Positions 24,551-38,205 are shown, numbered from the stretch's first letter. The stretch is DNA of 64,000 bases from Octopus sinensis (GCF_006345805.1 NC_042998.1:95604001-95668000); one strand, 5' to 3'. Notes: a model not told the origin generated them from the letters alone. Numbers and translations: made by a program.

Positions 24551-26469
24551 ACCTCCGAGGCGAGAGAGAGAGAGAGAGAGAGAGAGAGTATATTCTTGTT
24601 ATTTATACAACACTATGATCTTATGACATCGTCAAAATCAATTTATTTTCAAATGGTTTTAAGCCCCCAAAAGAGGAACGAATGCTGCAATCATCAGTCA
24701 GGGCTTCTTCCATCCAACAATATCTGATGATTGCTGATTTTGCTCCCTCCCCACTATTTTCGGCATGAGACTGTTTGGTAGTAAACTGTCTGCTATGAAA
24801 CTGCAATACTATATAAATAGTAATATTATACCCAATGTTTCCTAATATATGAATGTCTGCGTTTTCTGACTCATAGAAAAATGGGACAACCACACACACA
24901 TATATGGGTTAGGTCCATTGGTCTTTTATCTGTCACCTATGATAGTGATTCAACCCCCAGAATAATTATTTTTTAATTCGTAGAAATCTTCAATCCAAAC
25001 TTATTGGAAATAACTCTTTAACTAGTTTCAGCTCGAAAGCTGCAGGCATGCAGGTGCCCCACCGCTGTGCTGGGGCACCTGCATTGTTTTTGCATTCAAG
25101 GTAAATAATAAATTAAGTAATGTAGAAAATACATATATTTTATGAGTTCCTCTTTCACATCGGTTTTCAAGGCCATGCAACTGGAATTCGTGTTATTCAT
25201 TCTCTCATAAGTCTTGAATATATTTTTCAGACTTTATACATTAGCCCTTTGTCAACATCATATGCGTGCTTATTATGTACTGTGGGAACTTAAGTTCTAA
25301 AAGCTGCATTATTTTTTGTTCTTAGCATTTAACGTTGCAGGAAACACCTTGAAGTGCAAAATAAATAGATGCACTTTTTAACAATTGCGCAGTTGTTTTG
25401 TAATATCGCACGTCAGTAAAGAAAACTTTATGCTTTATGTCCATAATGAAAGGGTTTGAGACTTAATTTCAGTTAATCTGAATTGCAGTCACAAGTTACA
25501 TGTTTTGTAGAATCATAAAATTTCTACGTGGTATTCTCAAATGATATGACAAAGTGTTTACTGAGTAGTAAAAATTAAGCTCAGTTTTTCGTTCTGATTT
25601 CGATTGCCACTAGAGTTAATTTTGCCTTCCATCCCTTGAGGGTCGATTTCATAACGCACCAGTCATATACTGTGGTCGACAGTATCGACTAAATCTCTCA
25701 GCTTAAAATTGCTGGTTTTGTGATAAATTCAGGAGCTAATAATTAAATTCAGTTAGACTCCACTTTGAGAAAGAGAAAAAGAAAAAAGCCTATTCGATCA
25801 ACTTAAAATCAATCTTGTGATTATGCATAAGTTCAATTCTAACAGCATTGAATAGTTCCTTCTTCCCCTTATTGGGGGCTGGATACCTACGTTGCAATTT
25901 TCTTTATATGGACAAGGCTGCTGAATCTAGGAGGAAAAGTAAATGTGATTGTGTGACGTTCAATCTTCATGCTTTCCCTAATTACATCAGCAATATAAGT
26001 GAAATGGCTTCAACGGGGAATTGAGGACAGCTCGTGAACTAGAAACGTTCCCGGTATCATGCTCTACTAAGATTAATAGATAATAACTGCTCTACTAAGA
26101 TTAATAGATAAAATTATTAAATAAGAGCTTTTTTTGTATCTGATTCAACAACAGACAAGCTCCACTATAACAGACAGGCTCCACCAAATTTAAGAAGAAG
26201 TGAAAAAGAAAATAAAAAAAAACAAAGAAACATCAAAGAAAAATATTACCCCACCACACAAAAAATATGCGTGACGTTATTTTATGAAGACAGAAGAGAA
26301 AAGGAATATTATATACTGATTACTTTTACACTCGTTTCAAAATTTGGTTCAAGGCCAACAATTTCGTGGGCAGGAGCTAGTCAGTTACATCAACCCAGTG
26401 CTCAGTTGGTACTTATTTTATTGACCCTGAAAGGATGAAAGACAAAGACGACTTCTGATTATACTGGGG

Positions 26470-28150
26470 AGCACTCTTGCAAAAAATGTTTAGCTGTTTT
26501 GCTTTTCACAATTAGTCCTACCTGATTTGATGGTGCTGAGTTCAGGAATGCCCTCAGCAATTTTATATCACGTCAAGTTTTTTGTTAAACAGAGTTCATT
26601 TTTTTTTTACCAAAAAATGTTAATCTTGCCATTACATGCAATGCTGAAATAAGAAACTAACACAAATCAAACGGTACTTTTACTACTTAATACATATATT
26701 ACCCGAAATTTTTAATTACACATCTGAAGGTAGATATTTTTGCCAAATTGGAGTTTCAGTTACTCAAGAAGTGAATTTTCTCTTAACTACATTGTATAAA
26801 TAACTTGCATCACAACAGTCTCTTTGCAGACACCAGCAGTAATCAGCCACCATGTTTGTGTTTTATTCGTCTTGATAGCTGGTCTTCACGCTCTCGATGT
26901 CTTGGTGGAATCTTTCTCCTTGCTCATATTGAACTATGATTTTCAGGAAATAATCCAGATGACTCTGCTGGAGATGGACTTTTATACTTGTGTTGGAGCC
27001 CAGTGCTCGAAAAGCGTTAACAGGGTCTGCACAAATTCTTCATAATTTGATGACTTCTTTTTCTAAGGAAATCAGACACAGCCACAGTAAAAACATTCCA
27101 CACTTCTTTTTCAATGCCACACATGGTCGCTAAAAACTGCTCGCCCTGAAATAGCCACTTAAGATGTGGCCCGTCAAACACACCAACTTCAATTTTCTTA
27201 TAAGACAAAGCTGGAAAATTTCTGCTCAAGTATTTGTAACAGTCACTGTCTCGGTGTTTCAATACATATTTTACAAATTATAGGAGTGCTCAAGTTTTGT
27301 CTTGATTATCCAGTTTCATGCCAAAGTAAGATAATCTTTCTTCACAAAATCTGTGATTTTGCTTCGTTACTTAGCTAACATCCACAATTATAACAGAAGT
27401 CATCAGGGCTGCTTTTGCATTTTCGCTCACAGCGGGTTCATATTTATGTAATGCAAAACCCGAGGAAAAGCATTCTCAGAATTGTCAACTGTTATAAAGA
27501 AAGCAAATGCAGGTTTGTGATGGCTAAGTTCTATAAAGAACATACATACCATGAAGGTCTTTCTATTGTTCTTTGACCATGCTCGACAAAAAGTGACTTT
27601 GACCCCTATGACCTCACAACTGCAACATTCAAAGTGCATTCAAAATACCAATTTTCATCAGAAAAATATTAAAGGTTTAACAAAATATGCCTCACTTGGT
27701 TTACAATGATAGTCACACTAAATCATGTACAGCATATCTGTAGACACATACAGCAAATTCCACAAATATTAGACATGTATAATGTCAAGGACCACAGAAA
27801 TGTATCATTTATTTACATCTAATTGTATAAAGAACATTTCTGTCATCATCATAACATTTAAAACTGGTTAGATTGAAAATAGTGAAAGTTGCTCATGTTT
27901 GATGTTCTTTATTTACTGAAGACACTTAAATCCTAACTTTTGTTTTCCAAAGTTATGTCAAGATCAATATGTGGATCTGCATTTGATGAAGTCAAATCTA
28001 TCTTTAGAAAAGTTGAAAATTGGACATCTGAGTTTGTGAAAAGTCTTGGCGTGATAGAACAAAATGGATTTCATTTTTGAAATCAGCTCACAAAATTATT
28101 AGGAAACACGTCTCCAACACCAGGCAACAAAAATCATGTTGATTTTTGAA
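26470..28150 (-). mobile_element. Decayed, internally deleted DNA transposon of the GERFHQDI transposase family
   Basis: Minus-strand peptides KCKSSPDDFCYNCG, FGMKLDNQDK, KKIEVGVFDGPHL, HLDYF...EQGERFHQDI and ADYCWCLQRD at about 26810-27430; similar subterminal sequences near 26500 and 28050. Superfamily label uncertain. Confidence 0.65.
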
Positions 28151-28714
28151 ATGTTGGCCTTTGTTGAGTGAAATATTGACCTTTGCTATTCACATCTAAA
28201 TTAGGGATGATTTGTTGTAGGTCAGTGACATATGAGTGATAACTGGCGAGAGTAACGTGTTAAGTAAAATATATGAATTATAGAAGGATTCTTTTGTCCT
28301 AGGATATCGAATGAAAAAAATGGGTACAATCTACCGAGTTTAACCATATTTTAAAACCATGATATAAACTCTGACATACAGCCTATTGAATGCAGTATGG
28401 CATTTTTGAGGAGAGCGTGTTGCATATTCTTATCTGCCCTGACTGTTTCTGTCGTAATTACTTGTGGTGATGCAGCAGAGTCAAGTACGGTAGACTCCAA
28501 AAGAAGCCAACTGTTTTTATTATTCTACAGTTATCCCTGTCACGGTATATTCCTACATACTTTTTTGAGGCGGGTGTATAATAAAGTTGCTACTGTAATT
28601 ATTTTGCATGTTCTTGGATTGAGTAGGACAGATAGTGTTTTGAATAACAGTAATGTTTTGAATTATTGTATTTGAATGTTTGTGGAAGATTTAGCATGTA
28701 GAGGCAAGGGCCCT

Positions 28715-29010
28715 TAAAAAAACTGACACACTGTCGGTTACGATGACTGGTGTTTTTGTTTATCCGATCAACGGAACAGCTTTCTCGTGGAATTAACGTG
28801 CAAGAGGCTGAGCACTCCACAGACACGCATACACTTAACGTAGCTCTCGGAAAAATTCAACGTTACACAGAATGTGACAAGGTTGGCCTTTTGAAATACA
28901 GGTACAATTCATTTTTCTCAGCTGAGTGAACTGGAGCAACGCGATATAATGTGTCTTGCTCAAGGACACAACGCGCAACCTTACGATCATGAGCCGAATA
29001 CTCTAATCAG
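28715..29010 (-). mobile_element. SINE with family B tail type 3 and CORE-like middle
   Basis: TCCGATCAACGGAACAGC tail as at 21030; GTCTTGCTCAAGGACACAAC core-like motif. Confidence 0.6.
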
Positions 29011-29180
29011 TTAGTGCTACTGTAAAAATTATGTCTCTAGCATGTTCACCCTCCACATTCCACATACGACAAAATCCCGTAAACGCAAATTTCAAATGGT
29101 TTTCACGCATGCAGCGGGACATTGAGGTTGTAACATATAAAGGGAAAAGAGCAGCATAGCGCTTGGCTAGCGCTCATTAG

Positions 29181-29601
29181 GGATCTTTTCGGTTTGACCG
29201 GCAGTTTTTAAAAATAATTTCCACGTAACTAAACACTTTTAAACTTCGTATACTGGTAGAATGTGTTTATAAAACATCTTTTTCTCTTGGCTTTATTGAG
29301 AAAATTCTATGGTTTGTAAGATATTTGTTGTTGTTTTTCTTCAATTTCTGCAATTTCAACCAATCAATGACGTCTATTGAGGTGAAAACATTCTGTGCCG
29401 TATGAATATGTCCCTCGTTTAAGAAACAGATTGGGTTTATTTACATTTCTGAAGAAAAAAAAGATACCCTTCCCCCCCACCCCTAACCCTAACCCTAACT
29501 AACCCTAACCCTAAAACAGATCGATACTAGGGTCATATTTATGGGTGACAATTTCATATGACACCGCTAGAAAAAAACTGCCGTTCAAACCGAAAAGATC
29601 C
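29181..29601. mobile_element. MITE with about 30-bp GG-starting TIRs, 8-bp TSD and internal (CCCTAA)n; Merlin-like
   Basis: CTCATTAG|GGATCTTTTCGGTTTG...CAAACCGAAAAGATCC|CTCATTAG. Confidence 0.85.
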
Positions 29602-30119
29602 CTCATTAGAATTTAGTAGATTAGAACAACGAGAAATGAAGCCCCTTGCCCAAGAACATGCTGCGCTGCCGAATCCAGGAATTTAACTGACAACTTATGA
29701 TCATGGGTTGAACATTGTAATCACTAAACCAATTACGATCCATGAAGTTAACTTGCATTCACGGCCTCATATCAGTAAAAAAAAAATATTGATCAATGTA
29801 ATATCGACAATAATATTTCTAATAAATAGTGACCTTCTGCTTATGTTACAAATACATGTTAATCATATTTCTTTACAGCCATGAAGAATAGCTTAACAGC
29901 CTTTGATATAAATATCGCTATGTTTATAGTTTCTTTTTATGGTTATTAGCTATAAAGCAATAAAATGCCAATAAATTTCTACCACGCCAAATATTCTTCA
30001 ATATACTCAAGCATACACACTGTACACACACATACACAAACACGCAACACACCATTAGCTTTTTATTGACTAGTCTATATATAGAAAGTAGCTCGGATAG
30101 AACAAGACATAAACAGTGA

Positions 30120-30208
<89 letters not shown>

Positions 30209-30251
30209 CACACAGGATGGGTTTCTGTACTGTTTCTGTGTTCCAACTTTC

Positions 30252-30680
30252 GAATCTTTCGGTTTGAACGGCAGTTTTTTCTAGCGGTGTCATATGAAAT
30301 TGTCACCCATAATTATGACCCTAGTATCGATCTATTGCATTTCAATCTATTTTAGGGTTAGGGTTAGTTAGGGTTAGGGGTGGGGGGAAGGGTATCTTTT
30401 TTTTCTTCACAAATGTAAATAAACCCAATCTGTTTCTTAAACGAGGGACATATTCATACGGCACAGAATGTTTTCACCTCAATAGACGTCATTGATTGAT
30501 TGAAATTGCAGAAATTGAAGAAAAAACAACAACAAATATCTTACAAACTATAGAATTTTCTCAATAAAGCCAAGAGAAAAAGATGTTTTATAAACACATT
30601 CTACCAGTATACGAAGTTTAAAAGTGTTTAAGTTACGTGGAAATTATTTTTAAAAACTGCCGTTCAAACCGAAAAGATCC
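30252..30680. mobile_element. Second copy of the same MITE in opposite orientation
   Basis: Reverse complement of 29181-29601 with TTAGGG repeats; left TIR degraded; no TSD. Confidence 0.85.
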
Positions 30681-31199
30681 AAAATTACAACTACAGCATT
30701 AATCAACTGGTTGCTATAGTAGAAGACACGTGCTCGAGATCCTAAGCAGTAGGACCGAACCCAGAACCACGCGGTTATAAAGAAAACATTTTGAGCGGCC
30801 ATCCGTGCCTGTACTATTTATTTTTTCTTTTGTAGAATCCAGAGCCCACTAAAGTAGCTACTATATTTCATACCTTTGATTTCGCGCTACAATAAATATG
30901 CAAAAATGCTTACTTCCCGGCGTAAAGTAGAAAACAATAGACAACGTAGTGGAAGGGACAAGTGTATAACAAAGACTATAATTTTCAGAGATGTTTTCTC
31001 CTAAGACATGTCTGCTAGCACACGTGAAAGTTGTAAACTTCACGATCGAACTGCTAAAAACTGAACGTCTGGCATAAGGAATATAAGGAATGTTACAAGA
31101 TGCTCCGTCTCGTGCAAGTCGCGCGATGCGCTTGTTGGAATGTCAAGTTCTTCATTCTAGTGTGGGTTACTGGTGAATATGCGTGAAGATAGAATACTT

Positions 31200-31384
31200 C
31201 TGTTCTATATTTAAGAGATGAGGAATTATGTACATTATTTACTTTATTTACATTGGACGGATATGTGTTCTCATCTTGTTTGTTGTTAACACAACGTTTC
31301 GGCTGATATACCCTCCAGCTTTCATCAAGTGTTTTGGGGGAAATTTCGTACCTGGGTTCTCGTTCTTAAGGTATTTTTTTTATG

Positions 31385-31444
<60 letters not shown>

Positions 31445-31568
31445 TCACTGCCTGGAATTGAACACGGAATCTTGGGGTTAGCAGCTCGCGCTCTGTGGTT
31501 ACGAGCGCAGATTACTAACCCCGAGATTCCGTGTTCAAATCCAGGCAGTGACCTGAATAATAATGATG

Positions 31569-31609
<41 letters not shown>

Positions 31610-31750
31610 TTCAAAAAATATCTTAGGAATGAGAACCCAGGTTCGAAATTTCTCCAAGATACCTGATGAAGGCTGGAGGGTATATCAGCTGAAACGTTGT
31701 GTTAACAACAAACAAGATGAGAACAAATATCTGTCAAATGTAAATAATGG
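31200..31750. mobile_element. Head-to-head palindromic pair of the tRNA-(AAT)n-hammerhead SINE
   Basis: Arms are reverse complements centred near 31493; hammerhead-like motifs at 31291-31332 (-) and 31663-31701 (+). Confidence 0.85.
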
Positions 31751-32247
31751 ATAGAATGGGGATCAGCTGATCAGTCTCTTCGAAAAAAGAAAAAAAAATT
31801 CAAATAGGAGGTTATAGACATCCACTAAATATCATTGTCGTACTTATGTTACGTGAAGTAATGGGATGATTAAAGTAGTGATGATTAAAGTACATTATAT
31901 TTCATATTTAGCTCTGATTTAGATATTTATTCTTTTTCAGTCTTTCCTTACATTTTTAAAATGTGTGGCAGCGAGACTTGTCTCTTCATACATTTTCAAT
32001 TAAACATTGCTTTCAGCAATTGGCATTAAAAACCAGATCCACTCGTATCCGCATTGTTTACATCGACGAAAAATTTCAATCAACTAAGTTATCATTATTC
32101 GCTTTTTTTTCCTCCCCCTTTTTTTTTTTAGTTAGATATTACACACTCATAGAGGTGGTTTTTATCTAATAATTTCATGAATTGCCTCAAGTTAATCAAC
32201 TTTTTTTCAGCTAACTATAAATACACACACACGCACATATATATATA

Positions 32248-32645
32248 TACGAGCAAAACGTCCCCCCCCCCACGTATTATGGACGGTGCTGAGTTGTCAA
32301 ACATTTAAACCAAATTTTCTCAAAACAACTTGCCCGACCGTCCCATAGGCCTCCCCTTTGAGAAACACTGATTTAACCTAACTTTGGGACACCAACAAAA
32401 GAAGAAATAAAGATAGACTTCTTTTTCTATTCCAAGAAAAACGATTTTACAAATGCACGTTCCCACGGCTTTAAAGATCGCATTCTCACCTGGAATGGAT
32501 TTTTGTAATTTTCTCAAGACTTATACACGCCCTGATACCGTCGGTATCTACATATCAAATTTGAGCGCAATCGGATGGAGGATGCCCGAGATCCTAGAAG
32601 ACGCACACACAGGCAGACAGAACGGATTTCTATATAATATATATG
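32248..32645 (-). mobile_element. Helitron-like non-autonomous element
   Basis: Minus strand begins TATATATTATATAGAAATCCGTTCTGTCTG...CTCAAATTTG and ends CTCGT (degenerate CTAGT). Confidence 0.45.
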
Positions 32646-33629
32646 CAGTATATACAGTTACACTTTGGCAAAAGTAACTGGAAGAAGGCACTTAATTCAA
32701 GTATGACGAGGTAGATCGAGTTTATGTTTGGTGTGCCATGTTTTATCCTATTTATAGTTAATCCACTTTATTTTTCATTCGAAATTGCTATTGGTTTTCA
32801 CTGTTATCTATTTGTTAATATGTCTTTATTGTTATTATAGCTTACATACTTTTATTCAAGCTGAATGCTCACTGTTCGTCCTGACGCCTTCCAAACAATA
32901 AAATAACAGAAAACTTTCATTTCTTCTTTTATCACTATTTGTAAAGTTTATTCAAATTATTTGTTTAAAAAAACAAAACTGGTCAGAAAATTTACAGCCG
33001 CATAAATAATATTAGATTTTCTCCAAAATAAATTTAGTTTTTATATTCGACTTTTTGTTTGTTTGTTATTGTCCTTTGTTAAGAGTAAACAGAACAACAA
33101 TATATGTCTATACTTCATTCGCAACGCAATTGGTTTTGTTTCAATAGCGGATCTCAGATAAGATCACCAAATCAGTACAACCCCGATTGTATGCACACAC
33201 ACACACACACACACATATGTGTATGTGTCTGCATGCGTGTGCACGCTCACGTACTCATACACTTTATTTGCTTACCTTTGTTATCGGATTGCGAATTTAG
33301 AATTTAGTCAAACTTATCAATTCTCAGTATTTATCTCAAATTTGGTACTTATTCTATCGTTCTCTTTTTTTCCGAATAACTAAATTACGGGACATAAACA
33401 AACCTGCACTAGTTGTTTAGCGATAGGGTTCAATCTCAAAGACATATATCTACATAGTGCACATATATATTTTGTGGTGTGTGTGTTCATTCAGTTCATT
33501 ATTTTAACACGGCGCACGAACTTTTTCCTCAACCTAGTAGCATCTAGTGACGAGCATTGCAAGATGATTGGTAATATTATATTTTAACTGCAAGTTTTAC
33601 GCCAAACTATCTTTCTCTCAGAAGAGCTA

Positions 33630-33845
33630 TCTTCCTCATAGCTTTGGCAAAAATAACGGAGGCCTCCTCTACCCCTGGAAAATCTATTTAGTCCATAGGT
33701 GGGACGGTGACAAGTATACGTTCCGACTCAGAACAGACGTAGGAATAATGGTAATTAAGAGATGACTCCACGATTCCCACAACTCCAAAACTCCCGAGCT
33801 GGAGTCTCGTCACCGGATGCAGTTTAATACCATCACACTCAGGGA
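33630..33845 (+). repeat. LINE/SINE 3'-like repeat fragment
   Basis: GGAGTCTCGTCACCGGATGCAGTTTAATACCATCAC resembles retroposon 3' ends; family not assigned. Confidence 0.35.
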
Positions 33846-34693
33846 ATGTGCATATGAATACGCTATTGGAGAGTTTCTTCTGTAAATGCATCAGTTTGCT
33901 AGTTTTGATTTCATCTTGTAGATATCCAAAAATCACCACCATCCTCACCAAGTAAGCTAAGTGGAGGTTGCCGGATTAATCATCAATGGCCCGTCTTCGC
34001 ATGCGCATGTTAAACTCCTTTAGTGAGATGTCGAAGTGATCGTAGAGAAAGGTGAGATGAAGTGACTTACATAAGGACACAACGCACCGTTCAGACCAGG
34101 AATCGAAAACAATATCTGGCGATCATGAGTACCACACCCTAACACCAGGTCATGCCCCCTCACTACATACATACATACATACATACATACATACATACAT
34201 ACATTCATACGTGCGTACATACACACATACACACATACATACATACATACATACATACATACATACACACACACATACATATATACATATGTGCATATAC
34301 ACATACACATATATATGAAGAAAAAAAGCATTATTTTAACACGGCGCACGAACTTTTTCCTCAACCTTATAATACTATATCGACCGAGAGAGTGGCAAAT
34401 GTGCAGTACAGTGATGTACAGGTGTCTCACGTCCGGGTTTCTTTTCTCGGTCCGTTTCGTATTTTATATCAACACCACCACCATCATCTTCATCATCACT
34501 TATGCAAAGGGGACGTTTGCAAAGCGCTATTTGGTGAAAGTGGTTACTGAGTTACAGTTGTTTTAGTACCACTAGTCTAATTTGTCATGCTTAGAAAGTC
34601 TATAAGTCTTCCTCAAGTAAGTTTTATTTATATATTTTTATATATTTTTTTCTATGCATGTTAAATATATGTCGAACTCCTAAGATATATTTA

Positions 34694-35125
34694 GGCGCAG
34701 ACAAGGCTTTGTGGTTAAGAAGCTAGCTTTTGAGTTCAGTCCCTCTCAGCTGAACCCTTGGGTAAGTATCTTGTACTATAGCCCCGAGCCGATGAGAGCC
34801 TTGTGAGGGAATTTGGCAAACAGAAACTGTGTGAAAGCCCATTATATATATACATATATCTATATATATGTGTGTGTGTGTGTGTATGTGTGTGTGTGTG
34901 TGTGTGTGCGTGTGCGCGCGTACCTTCATGTCTATGTCCACCCACCTCATTGGATAACCAGTGTTGGCTTGTTTACGTCCTAGTGACTTAGCGGTCCGGC
35001 AAAAAAGGATAATAGAATAAGTGCCAAATTTAAAATGCTAAGCACTGGGTTCGATTTGTTCGAGTAAAGCACTTTAAGAGTACCCCAGCATGGCCGCAGA
35101 TCAGTAACTGAAAACAGTTAAAAGA
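34694..35125 (+). mobile_element. SINE family A, full length, diverged
   Basis: Head, (TG)n middle and tail present. Confidence 0.75.
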
Positions 35126-36239
35126 AAAGATAGTGTTCAATCTGCTACTTTATGTACAAAATATTGACTTAAACACATAAGGACCTATTCAACTCAAGTT
35201 TAACCACAAGTATTTAAAACTTATCATAAATATATAACGCATATTAAGATGAAATTTTGCTCATTTATAGAGCAATTAAATTCAATTCAATATATTTTAT
35301 TTCTAATGCTTGGGTTGACATGCTCACTTATATAAGTATACGTATGAGTGCATATATATATATGTGAATGTGTGTGTGTGTGTGCGTGCGGTTTTTAAAT
35401 GCTTAGTGAAAAGAAGTAGCTGAAAAGACTGAGGCAATGGAATGTGTAAGAGAGCACTTAAAATGAAGTACGATATGATTGTAAGCCCTTAGCAAGTTCA
35501 GTGAAAAAATACAAAGGTCAGTGAGAAAAACTAAGTTCTTTTGCAAGCATATCCGCCATTATGTCAGTGTGTACTGATACACGGTATAATTGTGAGCTTT
35601 ATTTAGATTAGGAAGTGGGTTTCAAACCAGCATTGAAATACTGTTTACATCTTACGTAATGAATTAGTCGAATCGCTAAACCACCGAACGTAATGCTTTG
35701 ACGAGACTAATTTGGCTTCTTGTATCATTTTGATTTCAGATCCCACCCCGGTCAACTTTGCCTTTCATCCTTCAGAAGTCAATACACAAGCACCAGTTTA
35801 GGGGGATGGATTGTTGGCCAGAATCGCGAGAACGTTGGAAGAAGTGACGTGCGGTATTTATTCTGGCTCTTTGTATTGTGAATTCAAATTCCATCTTGAT
35901 CGTCACTGATAGACATAATCCAGTTCCCGGTTTAACATCCCCGTGTTATCTTTGGGTGCTTTTTGTTAGTCCATTTGTAACTATTCCAAAAAGGAATCCT
36001 GTTTGAGGACACTTTTCTCATTCACTCCCTCCCACCAGTACCAGAGGCCCTGTAAAAGGTCATAGACACTGCCGTTCCCACCCAATTAAGCGATGAAAAA
36101 AAGTCCTTTTCCCTGTGAATGATAATGACTAAATTTTATTAAATATAAATATCAGCTGCGGCAATTCTGGGGAACCGCTTTTAAGAGCTTTAGTTACATA
36201 TATCTTATTTTAGTACTTATGTTTTTTTTCTATTCTGGG

Positions 36240-36620
36240 CACAAAACTCGAAATTATTGGGGAGGGGGCTAGTCAATTTGATCTACTATAGTACACAACT
36301 GGTACTTAATTTATCGACCCCGAAAGGATGAAAGGCAAAGTCAACCTCAGCGGAATTTGAACTTAGAACGCAAAGACAGATGATATACCCATTTCTTTAC
36401 TACCCACAAGGGGCTAAACACGGAGAGGACAAACAAGGACAGACAAACGGATTAAGTCGATTATATCGACACCAGTGCGTAACTGGTACTTATGTAATCG
36501 ACCCCGAAAGGATGAAAGGCAAAGTCGACCTCGGCGGAATTTGAACTCAGAACGTAACGACAGACGAAATACTGCAAAGCATATCACCCGGCGTGCTAAC
36601 GTTTCTGCCAGCTCGCCGCC
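36240..36620 (-). mobile_element. Tandem SINE family C
   Basis: Duplicated body, head at 36600-36620. Confidence 0.85.
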
Positions 36621-36770
36621 CCTTTTGCACTTGTTTTAACAATCTATAGTATCTACAGTTTCTGAATAGCTGAATAACTTCCCTTCAGAACAATAAGGAA
36701 TTTACTGTACACACACGTACACGAACGAACGCATGCGCGCGCACACACATACACACATATGTATGCGTGT

Positions 36771-36813
<43 letters not shown>

Positions 36814-36836
36814 TGTGTGTGTGTTTGTGAGTGTGT

Positions 36837-36874
<38 letters not shown>

Positions 36875-37569
36875 TGTGTGATTGCTATTTAAACCAATCA
36901 CATACTTTAGCTCTAATGCTGAGACTAATTTGCATATGGTGTATTTGTTGACGATGCAATTGATAAATATTTACGCAGCTCACCTTGTGCTCGAGAACCT
37001 AACACAAATTTTAAGTAGTGGAAATAGAGTTCTTAAAACTTTTGCTGTGGAATTATAAACACATTAGGATACAATCGGCGGGTTTGCTTTGGGACTCAAT
37101 TGATCAGTCTCTTCGTGGGGAAAGAAAATCTCCATTCGTTCACTGAAAAATTAAGGAGATGCTTTAACATCTTTTACGGTTCGTTGGCATTTTATAAGAT
37201 GACAAATACCTCTCATTCGTCTACTTACAGTTTTTATTAATTATTTTTATCACGTTGCTGATAAATTGCCGTCTAATTTCTAGCATCTGGTTGATTCAAA
37301 TAACGATTTTCTATAAACTTTCTTCGTAGGCGGAAGTGGTGAATAGTCAACAAACCTTGAAACATATGAAGACAATTTTCTTTATTTTCTGTGTGCAAAG
37401 ATGGTAACAAGATGTATTTATGTCTCTTTAAAATCCGACTGTAAAGGCTAAAACTAACTTAGCTATTCTCATAACATCTTAGATTTTATAATATACCTTA
37501 GAAAAAACTAAAATAAGTTGAAAACAAATTAAAAGTGTGCGTGTGTACATACAAATATACAAAGACACA

Positions 37570-37677
<108 letters not shown>

Positions 37678-37689
37678 CATCTATCTATC

Positions 37690-38205
37690 TTATACTTGAG
37701 AAGATCCGGCAAGCCAAGTGAGAGCAGTTTGGGCCAGTATCGCATAACCTGCCCATTGGACAATAAATTGTGCTCGATAACACCTGTTGAGTCATGTGAT
37801 CCCATTGTCGAATAAAATTTGTTGAATAAACTACTGTGGAGTCAAGTGAAATCATTGTCGTAGCCGATGCCAGTACCGCATGACTGGCACCTGTGCCGGT
37901 GGCACGTAAAAAGCACCATTCGAACATGGTCGATGCCAGTCCCTCTGGACTGGCTCCCGTGCCGGTGGTACGAAACAGCACCATACGAACGTGGTCAATG
38001 CCAGTACCGCCTGACTGGCCCTCATGCCGGTGGCACGTAAAAAGCATCAACTATACTCTCGGAGTGATTGACATTAGGAAGGGCATCCGGCTGTATAAAC
38101 TTTGCCAGATCAGATTAGAGCTTGGTGCCGCCTTCTGGCTTTCCACTCCCCAGTCAAACCGTCCAACCCATTCCAGCATGGAAAGCGGACGTTAAACGAT
38201 GATAT
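37690..38205 (+). mobile_element. RTE-tail-like SINE with internal about 60-bp repeats
   Basis: GTGCCGGTGGCACGTAAAAAGCA subunits three times; 3' end AGCATGGAAAGCGGACGTTAAACGATGAT. Confidence 0.75.

Noticed and set aside
24621-24899. 92-aa minus-strand ORF or C/D snoRNA
   Set aside because: No recognisable homology, convincing splice sites or properly spaced C/D boxes.
25048-25084. 14-bp perfect stem-loop resembling a terminator
   Set aside because: Eukaryotic context; most likely a MITE remnant.
29480-29515. Telomere or chromosome-fusion site
   Set aside because: The CCCTAA units lie inside a TIR-bounded MITE.
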